Part shown: piece by piece, positions 43,540-55,370 of the stretch | Layout of the letters: the number at the start of each line of letters is the position of its first letter | Numbering within the stretch: position 1 is the first letter of the stretch | Origin: Cyanidioschyzon merolae | Lineage: Eukaryota | Assembly (NCBI GenBank): GCA_000091205.1 | Contig: AP006500.2 | Strand: one strand, 5' to 3' | Length of the DNA stretch: 64,000 nucleotides | Position numbers and translations under genes: made by a program | Notes under the pieces: model-generated | What the model saw: the letters and a program-made list of their open reading frames with translations, nothing else | Told to the model about the DNA's origin: nothing | The model's database searches: none

Positions 43540-44920
43540 GACTAGACCCCGGTATCGACTCAAGTTTCTCTCTCCACCCTCCAGCTTGCGAGGCTGTATC
43601 ACGAAATTAGATAGGAGGAGCCGCTCGGGTCTCGTACTGAGCACGGCACGTTGTCTGATAGTGATAGCGGCGTTGAAGTCTAGGTTCGCGAACTCCCTGC
43701 GTGGTTTGACGCTGGTCGAACCCACGTATACAAGGATTCCTCGAAGTGGTGCCCTTTGCGCCGCTACAGTCTCTTCATAGTCATGTCGCGCAAACTTTTT
43801 CCCGTCTATCTCACCTCTTCTACACCCGAGATCTGGGGGAGAAGAGGATTTATTGTTCTTTGTCGAACCCGGCGATGAAGGCCCTCTAGAATCCCCGAAT
43901 TCCATGTCCATGCAATCCTTTGGATTTTTCCTTCAACATAAACGAACCTCTATGCACTTAGGTGAGGACCTTCCCGGAGCGAGAAGGACTTGCAGTAGAA
44001 ACACGACATGTGCCTGGGTGTCTCCATGTGCTGAACGCCTGAGCGATTCACCCAGTGGAACGATCGTTACGTTTCACGATTGAAAATACTCGCTCGACGG
44101 AATTGAACCACTGGGAGCACGGAGGAAGGAGAAGCAGCCCTGCACCCCAATTGATTGGGAAAAAATCTCGAATGCAACGGGAATGGTGAAATACTAAGTT
44201 GTCTAACAGACCGACGTGTCCAAACGTCAGGGGAAAGTCTTCAATAGTTCGACAAAGTGATTGGTGCTGTTGTATGAGCCTTCTCTACGAACGAAATTGA
44301 GGCCGACAAATGAATCCGCTGCAGCTAGAATAGATGATAATGTAGTCGTTCTCTTCGAGTTCGATCATATATGCGATGAGCTCCCTCACCGCGAATATCC
44401 ATACATGCGCTGACCGTACCGTTCGAAAGAAGTCTCATCGGATCAAAAAACAAACCGACGTTTCAGTGCTTCTTACCGATCGAGACGTTCGGGGAACTCC
44501 GGGGTTGCGATTTCGATGGAAGATAACCGTGCGTGATGTAGGACTCGCTTCTAGCGACTGTATTCAAGTGTTCTCGGGGCCACACGAATAAGTTGTTGAG
44601 AGGCAGAGACGCCGGTGGCAGCCACTATCTTCGCTTTCGCCTTGCATAAGGTGATGAACAGGTCGCATTCTGCCATGGACCGCAAGCACGCTTTGAAAAC
44701 GTCAGTTTTGGGCGCGGAACGTATATACTTGTTTCTTTCTTTCATTATCCCTCAACAATCTGAGTACTATGGTATAACTGACGTGATTGAGGAATGCAGT
44801 CCTGTATGGGATGTTCAGTAAAGAATACATCCCACTGCGATTCATATGCAACATATTCGGTTCATTGCCTCGTGATTTCGATCTCCAGCCCTACACCGCA
44901 GCTGGAGTGAAACAAAACTG
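43540..44920 (-). mobile_element. Tc1/mariner-type degenerate element, copy B (~1.4 kb)
   Basis: Alignable with copy A throughout: left end 43540-43700 against 17440-17600, the internal degenerate transposase region, and right end 44750-44920 against 18690-18850. The ends are inverted-repeat-like (agtttctctctccaccctccagc... against the reverse complement of ...gctggagtgaaacaaaac). Confidence 0.55.
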
Positions 44921-47617
44921 AGTTGAACCACTCTAAAAGATCACAAGCACAATCTTTTAACATCTATTATGTGAAACGCGCCTAATCAAAGGGCAATTAG
45001 CACAGAACTGCGGAGTGTCCTCGTTGGTATATAGACAGGACTGAGGCGTACTTGTATCCACAGCTGCTTTCTGGAGTGTGTTCACCCGCGGCACTTGGGG
45101 CGACACTGTCTCGCCTCCGTGTGCGACGGCGACGACGGCTTCTGTTCGCGTGACCTTTTAGGATCAAGCGCCTGATACCGACACACGTCAACTAGGTGCT
45201 TCCCTCTCCTGGCGTCGCCGTACCTTACAGATGACCCGGATTCAATGACCTATCCGTCCAGCGCGAGATTTCTTTCTTGGCGGCTCTCGAAAAGTGGAGA
45301 CCAGGGCGTGTCAATAGAAAACTTCTTGTTCCGCGGTGATGAGCTCCCACACTCGACGGTTGCATATAACTTAGCCAGCAACAGAGCTGTCATAGCCGCA
45401 CTGGGCATTCCGCAGAAAACCAGCTCCCGCAGTGAATTTGTTGACATAGACGTTGCGGGGCTTTCTCTGCTTTCCCTTCGTCCACGAATGGAGCCCTGCA
45501 GGAATAAAATCGGGGAACGGTCTCCTTTTGCCAAATAGTTTACGAGCTAGGCAAAGCTTCAGTCATAGCACATGCTGGCCAGAGGCTTGGCGTTTTGTCA
45601 AATAGTTCTCGACGCAATTTGCATCGATGGCACTTTCAATTACAGGTCCGCAGCGGCAAATTGCTGTTCGGAGGCGCGAAAGCCATGAACGGCACAGCCG
45701 CGCCAGATCGGAACCGTGAATGACGGCTTCACAATTTCAGTCGAGAAGGATTCGTTCTTCGCAATGCAACATGGATGGATGCGTCAAGTTCTGCGAGGAT
45801 GCCGGCGGTGTACACGGATGCAATGTGTCGGCGCGTGTAAGTCGCCAGGAACGGGCGAACAGAGAACGAGCGAGACAATGCTGTGCATGACACGATGCGG
45901 GTGCATGAGGCGATACCGTGCGCGCTTGACTGCTTTCATCACGACGTAGATTCCGATCTGTTTCGTTCAAACGAAAGCTGTCCACCATCACGGGATGGAT
46001 AAAGGCAGTAGGCACAAAAGCGCTGCTGCTCCATCCTTGTGAATTCGTGTCGCGTCCCTATTGCTGAGCGACGCATACCAGAATAACAGTCTCGGTACGT
46101 TTTACCGAAGGGGCAGCATCACAAGCGCCGGTGATCTAGTTCGGAATCGAAAGCGCTGCGAAACGTGAACCGCTGCGGTCACGCGCGAGCGGGGCCTCCT
46201 CTCGTATTTCAGTTTCGAAACGAACGCGCATCAGAATATCTCATTGAGTCACAAACATGATCACGACAAGCTTTAGAGCGCCGCACAGTCAGAGCTAATC
46301 ATCTCCGCACGGGAGAGGACTAATCTTTCGAGTCAGAATGCATCCATACACGGTCTTCTGTCCGATATTGAGTGAATCTGGACATGCTTTCACAAAAATT
46401 GTCTGCAATCGGAAGGCCATCTCTGGTGAGTCAATGAATATTTTGAAGCGAAACGAGGGAGTGTATGTTGTCCTTCGTTCGCCCGGCGAGTAGGGCTCGA
46501 AACCTCCCAGCACCACGCGCCGCTCTGATCGCTGTACAGTTATCGTACCGCCAGCTGGTCGATGCAACTGCGCTGGTGCGCGTATCGTAGCACCTTGCCG
46601 TTCAAAGCGTCCGAGGAAAGCCAGTCAAGTATCAAAGGTGGAATGCGGGTCGCTAGACCGAGCACTCAGTTACGCGAACAAGTTACTTTAGGCCAATCCT
46701 CTTCTTCACATTTCCAGAGCGTTTTCGGACACTCCGCTTGCCGGTGCCCTTTACCCGGGGCCGTATGGAGATAGGCTTTCGCTGTCGCTGGATAGACTTT
46801 GATGTGCTTTTCGAGCAGGCGCGTAGAACCGGGTGCACAAGTGACCAACGAAGGCGACGTGGCCTACCGGAGTTTCCTTCCCGGGTCAGCGGCGCGAGGA
46901 AGATCTTCTGCGCAAGACCGTACTTTGACATACAGTCGTATGGTCCTTGGAACAAAGGCGTCGTGCAAGTACTCATGATCTTGCTTACTAAGCCAATGAA
47001 AGTCCGACGAAGCTGACAGAAACTGTGCGTGCAGGGCAACCAACCGAAATAAAAAGTGCTATACCAGCAGCAGCACTCTTGCTCCGGAACGCCGGAATCT
47101 ATTCTGTCACCCGAGCAGTAAAGCAGCTCCTGCTATGGGTATTTCCGAGAATACCGAAATAGCTTCCCAAGCGGTTGTTCAGCTCCGCCCTAGCCTAGAA
47201 CTACAAGGAAAGCCCCCCTTTCTGTGAAGAAACGTTTCTGCTCCAGCCAGCCAACATTTGACTCACAAGCGCGCGCATTCAGTGCGCTGCAGCTCCGATG
47301 AGACCAATATCTTACCATTTATGACATTTTCCGCCTAGAATTGCAGCAAGCGGAGTGCTCGCCCGGCGCGGCGCAGCGCGCCGTGTGTGGAGGCGTTTGG
47401 CGCCAAAGCGCTGCACAGCGCGCGACCGCCTTCGCAAGGGTAGCGTGCAACGCTTCTCTAAACGCTCGGGCGTTGCGTCCGCTGTTTGTACTGGATGACG
47501 ATCACCGAGTGCCAAACCTAGTGGCAGGCGATCAATCTGTACAGTAAGAACTCGCAACTGCTTTGCAAGTATCCATAAAAACCGAGTGGTTCTGATTCTG
47601 TGCAGACTCCTTGTGGT

Positions 47618-48676
47618 ATGGAGGTTCAGGCACCAGAAAGTGCGCGCGAACAACCTGCGGAAACTCGCCCTTCGCAGCGATTAGCTGTACTCTTTAATAG
47701 CTTTGCAACTCGAGACAAACAGAAAGTTGTCAACGACCGGGTAAACGCTGCTGCTCTGCTCAGCGCTTTGGAATCAGGGAACGAGTCGGCAGCAGCTGTT
47801 GTGCCCGCCATAGTTGAGCAGTTAACCGGTGGAGCGATACGAACTACGCCACTGGAACACGGCCATGGTTGGCTCGTTAGACCATCGAAACCCATTCTGC
47901 CCCAAAGTGTGTACGTGCCTCTGCGATCTTTTTCTTCCAAATATCGCTCGCGTAGTTCGGTATCACCCAATGGTCAACTGCCTGAAACATTAAAATTCTT
48001 TTTCAGCATTGGAGTTGTCGTGTACTGTGAACGCTGTACCGTTCGCGTCACGGAACCTACGACTGGTGCACCCGTCAAACATGAACCCGTGGAATATATA
48101 GGCCTGGCTGCTTTCGAAGCCGCGACACCTGATCGGCATGATTCGATCCCGGACGATGCGGGGCGCTCAGGCACCGAAGTGTGTCTTCAGATTGCACGGC
48201 ATTGTGAGCGGCACGCGGCGAACGAGATTCCAGTAGCTCCGAGGGATGTCGTGCTTTTCGCTGGCACGTACGACAGCAGTATCTGGAAGAGAGAAACGCA
48301 TGGGCCGAAGGAGCATCTGTCCCGGCCTGTACGAAGAGTTCCATGCATAACTAACCCAATTTTATGCTTACTCGGGAGAGATATCGATGCCGTAATCTGC
48401 TCTGGACTAGACGGCGAGAACGAGCCCACGCGGTGCGCAGCGAGGCATCTTTGCGAGCGCGTCTTTGATAGACGTCTCTCGTCGCAAAGGTGGAGCGACA
48501 CTCGTTGCCGCTACTGTACTCGTAGACTTTTTGAGAAAAGTTCCAGAACTCGCCGGCCAGAACTTAACGCTGGGATCGTCCCCCGGGCAGGATCTCAGCT
48601 TCGGCGCCTCGAGAGATGCCACATAAGAAAGATCGCTCAGGAGCGCGATAGAACGCTCTCGACATCTCGCCGTTGA
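47618..48676 (+). CDS. Hypothetical protein (353 aa from the first ATG); no recognisable domain
   Basis: Long ORF with GTG at 47600 and the first ATG at 47618. The composition is moderately complex. There is no motif I can assign. Confidence 0.3.
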   Translation: MEVQAPESAREQPAETRPSQRLAVLFNSFATRDKQKVVNDRVNAAALLSALESGNESAAAVVPAIVEQLTGGAIRTTPLEHGHGWLVRPSKPILPQSVYVPLRSFSSKYRSRSSVSPNGQLPETLKFFFSIGVVVYCERCTVRVTEPTTGAPVKHEPVEYIGLAAFEAATPDRHDSIPDDAGRSGTEVCLQIARHCERHAANEIPVAPRDVVLFAGTYDSSIWKRETHGPKEHLSRPVRRVPCITNPILCLLGRDIDAVICSGLDGENEPTRCAARHLCERVFDRRLSSQRWSDTRCRYCTRRLFEKSSRTRRPELNAGIVPRAGSQLRRLERCHIRKIAQERDRTLSTSRR

Positions 48677-51120
48677 GATTAGCGTTCTCTGGTCTCAGGT
48701 TAACATTCGGGGCGCAGGCAGACTGTCGACAATTTACAAACGCTTCGAGACACCTCACCAGCGATCGCACAGAGCTCCTCTGTGCTCGATGCGGTGGCAG
48801 GTTTGAGCGTCTCGCATGTCTAGCGCGCATGCGAAGAACTGATGGCACGTGAGCGACGGCAGCAGCAGCAGCAGCATCCCTGATGATAAATTCCGAACAA
48901 GTCCGCGCGAATATCTGCACGAGTGGCAGAGAGGCTTTTCCTAGTCCGGCGATATCCTTAGCGGCTGCGATCATACGTTTTACTCTACGAGTCCTGTCGC
49001 GGTTCCTTTTGCAAAAGTCTCGTACACTTCGAGAAGCACGAGATGCCACTGCCTCGCGTCTGTGGCAGCAAACGCTGTGCAAAACGGCCGAGCCGCATGA
49101 TATGCTGCCAACCGAATCGCTCCGAGTTGTATATTGCGAGGATACGAGATCCAATGAAGTGGCTCTCGGAGTTTCCCGAGAACGACGCCGCAGCGACCGT
49201 GGCGCTGTGCACCTTTTTCTGAGTCACTGAGAAGGAGCGTTATGGCCTGGGCCTTGCAAGAAACACTCGCCCAAGCCAGCATGCTCCGAAGCGCCTGCGA
49301 GTCTTTGCGGTACTTTGGTAGGCATTCCGATCTGCAGAGCTGATCTCACGGCTTTCTGCGACCTCGATTGAGGATACCGCTGGCGGGATGCGCCATCCGA
49401 ACGACCCTGGGCCAAAAGCGAGCGTGCAGTTTTCAGAAGAAACTTCTAGGTCTCTAGTACGAAAATCCTCCCACGGAATGGACGAGCTCTATTAAGAGAC
49501 GCTGCAGCGAGCAAGCAGCAACGCCAGTGGGAGTCGCAGTTCCTGTAGGTACGAGACATACGCCTCAACACGCTCTCGGCTTGCAAGCGAGTTCTGTAAA
49601 CGGTACAGGAATGACATTGACATGGCCTCCGCAATCTGTATTCAATCTACTGGGAAGAGGCGCTCATGCTGGATATCTTTTCGCAATATCTCGGGTATGT
49701 AGGCGAATAGCATCATCTTTGCCAGTTGCGCGATAAATAATAACGCTTGCTTATGGGGTTTATGATCAATTTGCTGGGAAGACTCGTCGATGCGTTACTC
49801 ACAAGCCGATGGACGTGCGGACAACATGTTCGAATCATCGATCGTATACCCTGCAAAAGTAATATGTACCGTCTCCCGTGCTCATGGATGTAGGAAAATT
49901 AGTTTTGATATTCCGACACCGTCGCATGAAAAGCAGAATGATCCCCAATTGCGCAGCTGCAACTTTTTGTTCGACAGAAGGTTTACCTGGACCAGCTATC
50001 CCAGAATGGAGGATGGGTACTGGAAATCTAAAATGCGTTCATCATACTGCACCCTACCTTCGAGCTCTATTACCCATGCTTCCTCTTGGATGTACTGGTC
50101 TTTTTGTACTTTCTATCGTGCATCGATTGTCTGCTGTGAGCATCCGCAATAGCACCTATGCAATTGGTACGGATGTGACACAGAGACAGAGTGGCTTTGC
50201 TATACCACTGACAGCATCAGCTCGAGGAGTGCTGCGCTCGACACGGTGTCAAAGTACATAATCATTCTGGGAGCCCGCAGGCTGCGCAGACAGACCTGCT
50301 GTCTGCGGCAGCGCGAAGCGGTATTCTGGGAGATAACTGCAACAAGGGCGACGCATAGACACATTCTACCCGCTCCGAGTGACAGAATAAACTGCGTTGC
50401 GGACGAGTTGCGCAGATCTCACTATAGTGCCCGCCACTGGGAGGAGCATGAAGCGTATGCGGGGCAGATTCGTCCCGCTCGCGGGACCTTTCGCCAAGAA
50501 GGTAAACATTTGACGATATGGAGAGCTTTCCCCTTTTAATGTTTATCGTAGAGGGGGAATGGATTTTTTATATCGTTGGTAGTTCATGGTTAGTCTCTGT
50601 TCTTTTTTCTGTATGGAGCAGTCGATACAATCACCTCTATATCTGGCAGGCACGAGACAGGATGGGCATCTCGCCGTTGAAGCGAAACGCGTTCCTGAAG
50701 AGTATCATGTTGATCTAACAAGATGTATTTGCATTGAAGACGGAGCAATCTATAGTTCAGTCTAATTATGTTCCAACTTTCAAGTGAGTACATTCAAGTG
50801 ATTCTTCGCACTATGTAACGGAGGCGTTCGAAGAGCGTCCTTTTTCAAAAAAGACACTAAAACAGGAAAGTTATGGGAAAGCGAGTCGACGAGCCCTGAG
50901 GCCCAGTGTCGCCGGCTGCCTGAAAAAACAAAAAACAGTGCCGAGTCAAGAAGAAAAGGAAAAGAAAAAGAAGCGAAATGGAGAGGCCCTACGTCGAAGG
51001 CTGCAATAAAGACGACAGTGCGACGAAATCGTAGTAAAACCCTGTCTTCGTAGACATATCAAGGGTCCGCACAAGGAAAAGTCGCAAGACGCCATCAGAA
51101 TCCATATCGCGTCTTACTCC

Positions 51121-53150
51121 ATGAGTATTATAAAGGCGCCGTTAGGACTAATGCATTTGGAGAAGGATACGTGTCGCAACGTGACGGACATCAAAACAAT
51201 TGACGTTCTGGAAGAATTTTTCAACAAGACCTTCACCCGCCACCTGATGCTTGGCACCGGGGAAACGTCGAGTGGAAATGAGCGAGCGCATGCCCTCCAC
51301 GAAAATCACGCCGAATACCGCATCAGCGGTACTCGATCCAGGGGCGACTTGTGTATTGACACCTGCGGGGCAGTCAGGTACTTCACGAACCTAAAGATCC
51401 ATTTGACCGTGAAACTCGAATGCTTCACGATACGCGTCCTGTTTGCGCTGTACTCGGGCCTCTCGCGCACAGGAATATGGGTCATTATCGATGGCATCAC
51501 GAATGATCGCCAGCACGAACAGGAGACTGAGCTCGTCGAAGAGAAGATATCACACAGGAGAACGAATGAGGCTTCTGTCATCCGTGCGGCTATGCAAGAG
51601 CATCGTGCGGACTTGGTGCTCGCGCATCCAGCAGAAAAGGTATCAGATATGAAAAAAGATGAAGAAAGATGCTGTTCCCGAGCCCTGCGCTATTTTACGC
51701 TTTTGGGCCGGGATCTGGAACGCATGGCCGAAAAGCAGCTGAGTCGCGGAAAAATGAAGATTCGGAGGAATGGAAGGCTTTCCTAATGGGTACGCGCCTC
51801 AACGTCGTTCCGATATGCAGCGCCAACTCATATTTCGTGGCAGTCTGCTCCAGCGTCCCTCATGGCATCGTGAGGGATATCTGTCCGGAGTTCGATGCAG
51901 GCAAGAAGGAGTTCATGGGCCAAAACCGGGAAACTCATTGGAAGAATATCTTCGATTTCAAACGTCTCAATACGGGCAAGAAAGGGTATTCACGGGGACC
52001 ATCGGAAGCGATGGGGCAGCCATGTGTGTACATTACCGGCGGCTGGGGGCGGATCGTCCTATCGTGCCTTCGGCTTCGCCCTCGCCGAAGCATGAAGAAA
52101 AGAAGGAGGCAGATCCTGCGACTCAGGAGGTGCAGGATAACGAGCTTGTCGCTGGCTCGGCGAAGCATGAAGAAAACAACAAGGCGGATCCTGCGACACA
52201 GGAGGTGCAGGATAACGAGCTTGTCGCTGGCTCGGCGAAGCATGAAGAAAACAACAAGGCGGATCCTGCGACACAGGAGGTGCAGGATAACGAGCTTGTC
52301 GCTGGCTCGGCGAAGCATGAAGAAAACAACAAGGCAGATCCTGCGACTCAGAAAGTGCAGGATAACGAGCTTGTCGTTGGCACCGACCCGGGGAACACAA
52401 ATATCGTTACCATCGCTGCACCCAAGCGTGCGGAAGATGGTCCTGACGTTAGCTCACGTCAGAAAGACATGCTTCTTTTAAAGTTCTAAACATAGAAATA
52501 CCATCGAGAATCGGGAATACTGAATACGAGGAAGAAAATCGAGACGTGGAATGCCGCAGTGCAAGAGCATCTGGAAGCTTTGAGCGAGCTGACGAGCCGA
52601 GGAGCGGACTTTCAGGCTTCTCGGAAATCCATGAAAGTTCGTGTTGCTCATTGGGAGGCGCTGTGGGATGAGTATCCAAAGCCCCGGTGGGCTCGTCAGC
52701 GACTGATCTTGTGCTGTGGGAAACAGGGAGCGTTCGCCAACTTTTTCAATGCGTTCGGCGCCCTCAAAGAGGACGAGAGTCAGAGGCTCGCAATAGCGTA
52801 TGGAGCAGGGCGCTGGATGACCCAAAAAGGGTGTACACAGCTCCATCGACAAGAGCGTACAAGAAGTGTGCACATCGTTTTGTCACAATACCTATCGATG
52901 AGTTCCTAACGTCCTATATGCACCATGAGCTGGGGTGCACACTTCCGAGCGTCGAGACGGAAAAGCGTCAGCGGGGCCCTGAGGATATAGCAAAGTACGG
53001 AGCGCTGACAGAGCAGCAAGTAGAAAGTAGGGCGAAAGTTCCTGGGCTACGTGCACTGGTGCGTACAACCAGTGATGGCAAGAAACGTATAGCGTTTGTC
53101 AATCGTGACTCGAACGCCGCTATCAATACCAGGAGATGTACGGTGATGGA
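51121..53150 (+). pseudogene. TnpB/Fanzor-like RuvC-fold nuclease relic, interrupted by frameshifts and stop codons
   Basis: The three RuvC motifs occur in the right order but across shifted frames. RuvC-I (G.D.G....A) is LVVGTDPGNTNIVTIAAPK, ending the ORF 51770..52489, with the stop TAA at 52487. RuvC-II ([DN]E.[YF]TS) is TIPIDEFLTSYMHHELGC, about aa 65-84 of ORF 52687... RuvC-III (RD.NAA.NI) is IAFVNRDSNAAINTRR, about aa 135-150. The zinc-finger CxxC pairs are degenerate. A 75-bp x4 tandem repeat lies inside the relic. The relic abuts the IMP peptidase gene in the same frame. Confidence 0.45.
52087..52386 (+). repeat. 75-bp tandem repeat x4 inside the TnpB/Fanzor-like relic
   Basis: The unit gaagcatgaagaaaacaacaaggcggatcctgcgacacaggaggtgcaggataacgagcttgtcgctggctcggc is nearly identical across copies. 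In the RuvC-I frame it encodes (AGSAKHEENNKADPATQEVQDNELV)x4. The last copy runs into ...QDNELVVGTDPGN (the RuvC-I motif), so the repeat is a duplication of the RuvC-I lead-in. Confidence 0.8.
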
Positions 53151-53364
53151 GACGAGACCCCCGGAGTTGATACGATCCAACTTTACGCGGCAGCCTCTCA
53201 AGGTGAACTTACCCAGGGACAAGTTGGAACCAGTAGTAGGTGGCCGGTCCAAAAAGACCGGGAGGCGTCTGCACGTCAGCGTACCGACATCCACACTATC
53301 GGCGTCGTGTATATGCGTCGGTATACCTGTTTGGTCTGTGGTAGCTGAGAAGCATGGCCCGTGG

Positions 53365-53964
53365 ATGCCTTTTTCGAGTCGTTTCTTTCGGCAGCTGGTT
53401 CGCGGTGTCAGCTATGTGCCGGTCGTGTACGTTGTCCACGATCTTGTCGGTACGATTGTTCCCGTGAGGGGTGCGTCTATGCAACCAACCCTGAACCCAG
53501 GTGCGGCTGCAGGGGAGCTACCTCCCGGACAAGTTAGCGGCAGTCAGGATGTCGTGTTGGTTAGCCGGCTTCTCCGCGCTGTTTGGAACGTAAGGCGTGG
53601 GGATATCGTCGTTTTGCGGTCTCCCGACGCGGGACCGCAGAAGCGACTCGTGAAAAGGGTGGCCGCTCTAGAGGGGGATCGCGTTTACAACCACCGCACT
53701 GGGAAGTTTGTGGAGGTTCCACCTGGCCACTGCTGGCTCGTAGGTGACAACCGTACGGTGTCCCGTGACTCGGCTAGCCACTACGGGCCGGTTCCGCTGG
53801 GACTCCTCGAAGGACGCGCAGTGGCGGTTATCTGGCCACCACGTCGCTGGCAGGTGCTCGCGACGTCACCAAGCACAGGTTTGTGGCTCGACACTCGGAA
53901 CAGCGAGGGAGACCAACTGCCAGCCAAGAAGCAAGTGCTGGCCAAGTCGGCAACTACGAAGTGA
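53365..53964 (+). CDS. Mitochondrial inner membrane peptidase IMP1/IMP2-like (S26 signal peptidase I family)
   Basis: The S26 boxes are present: GASMQPTL (catalytic Ser), RGDIVVLRSP, KRLVKRVAALEGDRV (catalytic Lys) and GHCWLVGDNRTVSRDSASHYGPVPLGLLEGRAV, followed by VIWP. ATG at 53365 (checked); an alternative ATG lies at 53146. The listed ORF 52687..53964 begins at GTG, and its first ~225 codons belong to the upstream TnpB-like relic. Confidence 0.78.
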   Translation: MPFSSRFFRQLVRGVSYVPVVYVVHDLVGTIVPVRGASMQPTLNPGAAAGELPPGQVSGSQDVVLVSRLLRAVWNVRRGDIVVLRSPDAGPQKRLVKRVAALEGDRVYNHRTGKFVEVPPGHCWLVGDNRTVSRDSASHYGPVPLGLLEGRAVAVIWPPRRWQVLATSPSTGLWLDTRNSEGDQLPAKKQVLAKSATTK

Positions 53965-54099
53965 ATGGCTGTACGTCCGGATGGTGAGCAGAGAACGGCG
54001 CTATGGAGCAGCACCCATTTCAGAATACCATACAACGGATCCGCTCAGCGAACTCGGGCGTAGACGCTCAAGTCTGGACCGCTTCGCATTGTCATCTAC

Positions 54100-54700
54100 A
54101 AGAGGTTTTGTGGGCGTTTTCTTCGAGTACGTCCTTTTCCTCGCTCTTGTCTCCGGTATTGTATACGTCGAACGATGCATGTTGTCTTGTTGGGTTGCCA
54201 GTAACCGAGGCATGTCGACGGCAGCGGTAGAGTCGCGGTATCGCCTCTTCGGGCAGTTGTGGACGCGTTTCATGCCCAGGCAAAAGTTGCCATCGATGGG
54301 TCCTCTGTATGTGTATGCAACGTCGGTGCTGCGTTTGCAGCGGTGACAAACTTGGGTGTGTTCCGGCGTTCCCATGCGTCCCCAACGTACGTTCTCCCTC
54401 TCGGAAGGGCGCTTTGTGGTACCTGTACGCCAGCTCCATCACCCACCATATGGTATCGACGGGTGCAGAGGGCTTGCCCCGAGATCGTCCTCCGTTTCGG
54501 CGCCTGGTGCCGTAAACTGCGATGACGGGCTCGTTCTGGTCGATCGCCTCGGCGAGCACCAGACGCGCTGCAAACACAAGTGCAAACGCCTCCTCTCGAT
54601 GACTCAACATGCGCTGGCTTGCGCGCTCTTCGCTCCCTGAGTACGCTTTTGGCGAAACATGGCGATGATCGTGACGAGCATCGCGTTGCCGTACCTACTC
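54100..54700 (-). mobile_element. Decayed pogo/DDE_1-like transposon fragment (minus orientation)
   Basis: Minus ORF 54092..54610 gives ...ARLVLAEAIDQNEPVIAVYGTRRRNGG..., homologous to ...SVLDDMSSLNKRLIEAYGNGPGNEG (19504..19698) and to the 30300-30740 copy. At the nucleotide level, 54470-54570 is similar to 30560-30660. Confidence 0.5.
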
Positions 54701-55039
54701 GTGGGCATTGTGTGTCCACGTGCTTCACTTGTGTGCGAGCGTGCAGTCACGGCTTCTGGGACTCGCTGCTGCTTCCGTCGCTTGCTTGCTGGACGGACGT
54801 TTTTCGCGTTCATTATCTTCCGCTGATACGAAGAGTACAGGCGCGCTGGCAGAATGCACGGCTGCTGGTCCAAGTCAAGTATGCGGGCACAAAACCCGAG
54901 CAGCCATAGCTTCGCCTGTTGCCACCAGGGGTATTGGGTCTCTGTTTGGGTAAAAGAGGAGCGCAGGTGCAGGGGTCCGCACTGCATGCTCCAGGCTGGT
55001 GCAGAGTGCATTGGAGAGCATCCTCGCGAGGCGATGCAT

Positions 55040-55370
55040 TTGTACGGGTCGTTGCTCGTCTGCGTAGTAGCTCGTCTGTGCTGTATAGGTCGTTGCTTGT
55101 CTGCGTAGTAGCTCGTCTGGGCTGTACGGGTCGTTGCTTGTCTGCGTAGTTGCTCGTCTGGGCTGCACGGGTCGTTGCTCGTCTGCGTAGTAGCTCGTCT
55201 GGGCTGTACGGGTCGTTGCTGGTCTGCGCAGTAGCTCGTCTGGGCTGTACGGGTCGTTGCTGGTCTGCGCAGTAGCTCGTCTGGGCTGTATAGGTCATTG
55301 CTCCTCTTCGTAGTAGCTCGTCTGGGCTGTACGGGTCGTTGCTCGTCTGCATAGTAGCTCGTCTGGGCAG
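55040..55370. repeat. 41-bp tandem repeat x~8 (gggtcgttgctcgtctgcgtagtagctcgtctgggctgtac)
   Basis: Successive tcgttgct starts lie at 55131, 55172 and 55213 (period 41). Because 41 is not a multiple of 3, three units give a 41-aa peptide period (QPRRATTQTSNDPYSPDELLRRxATTRTAQTSYYADxQRPV). All three minus-strand frames are open across the array (ORFs 54604..55545, 54813..55352, 54875..55168). Confidence 0.8.

Noticed and set aside
46430-46520. Possible tRNA (agggctcgaaacctcccagcacca)
   Set aside because: I could not build a cloverleaf with acceptor, D, anticodon and T stems on either strand.
49600-50800. Lower-GC segment with ORFs 49790..50152, 49878..50261, 50246..50539
   Set aside because: No motif recognised and no repeat relationship to the transposon families. 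Possibly another unrelated insertion, but nothing concrete to report.
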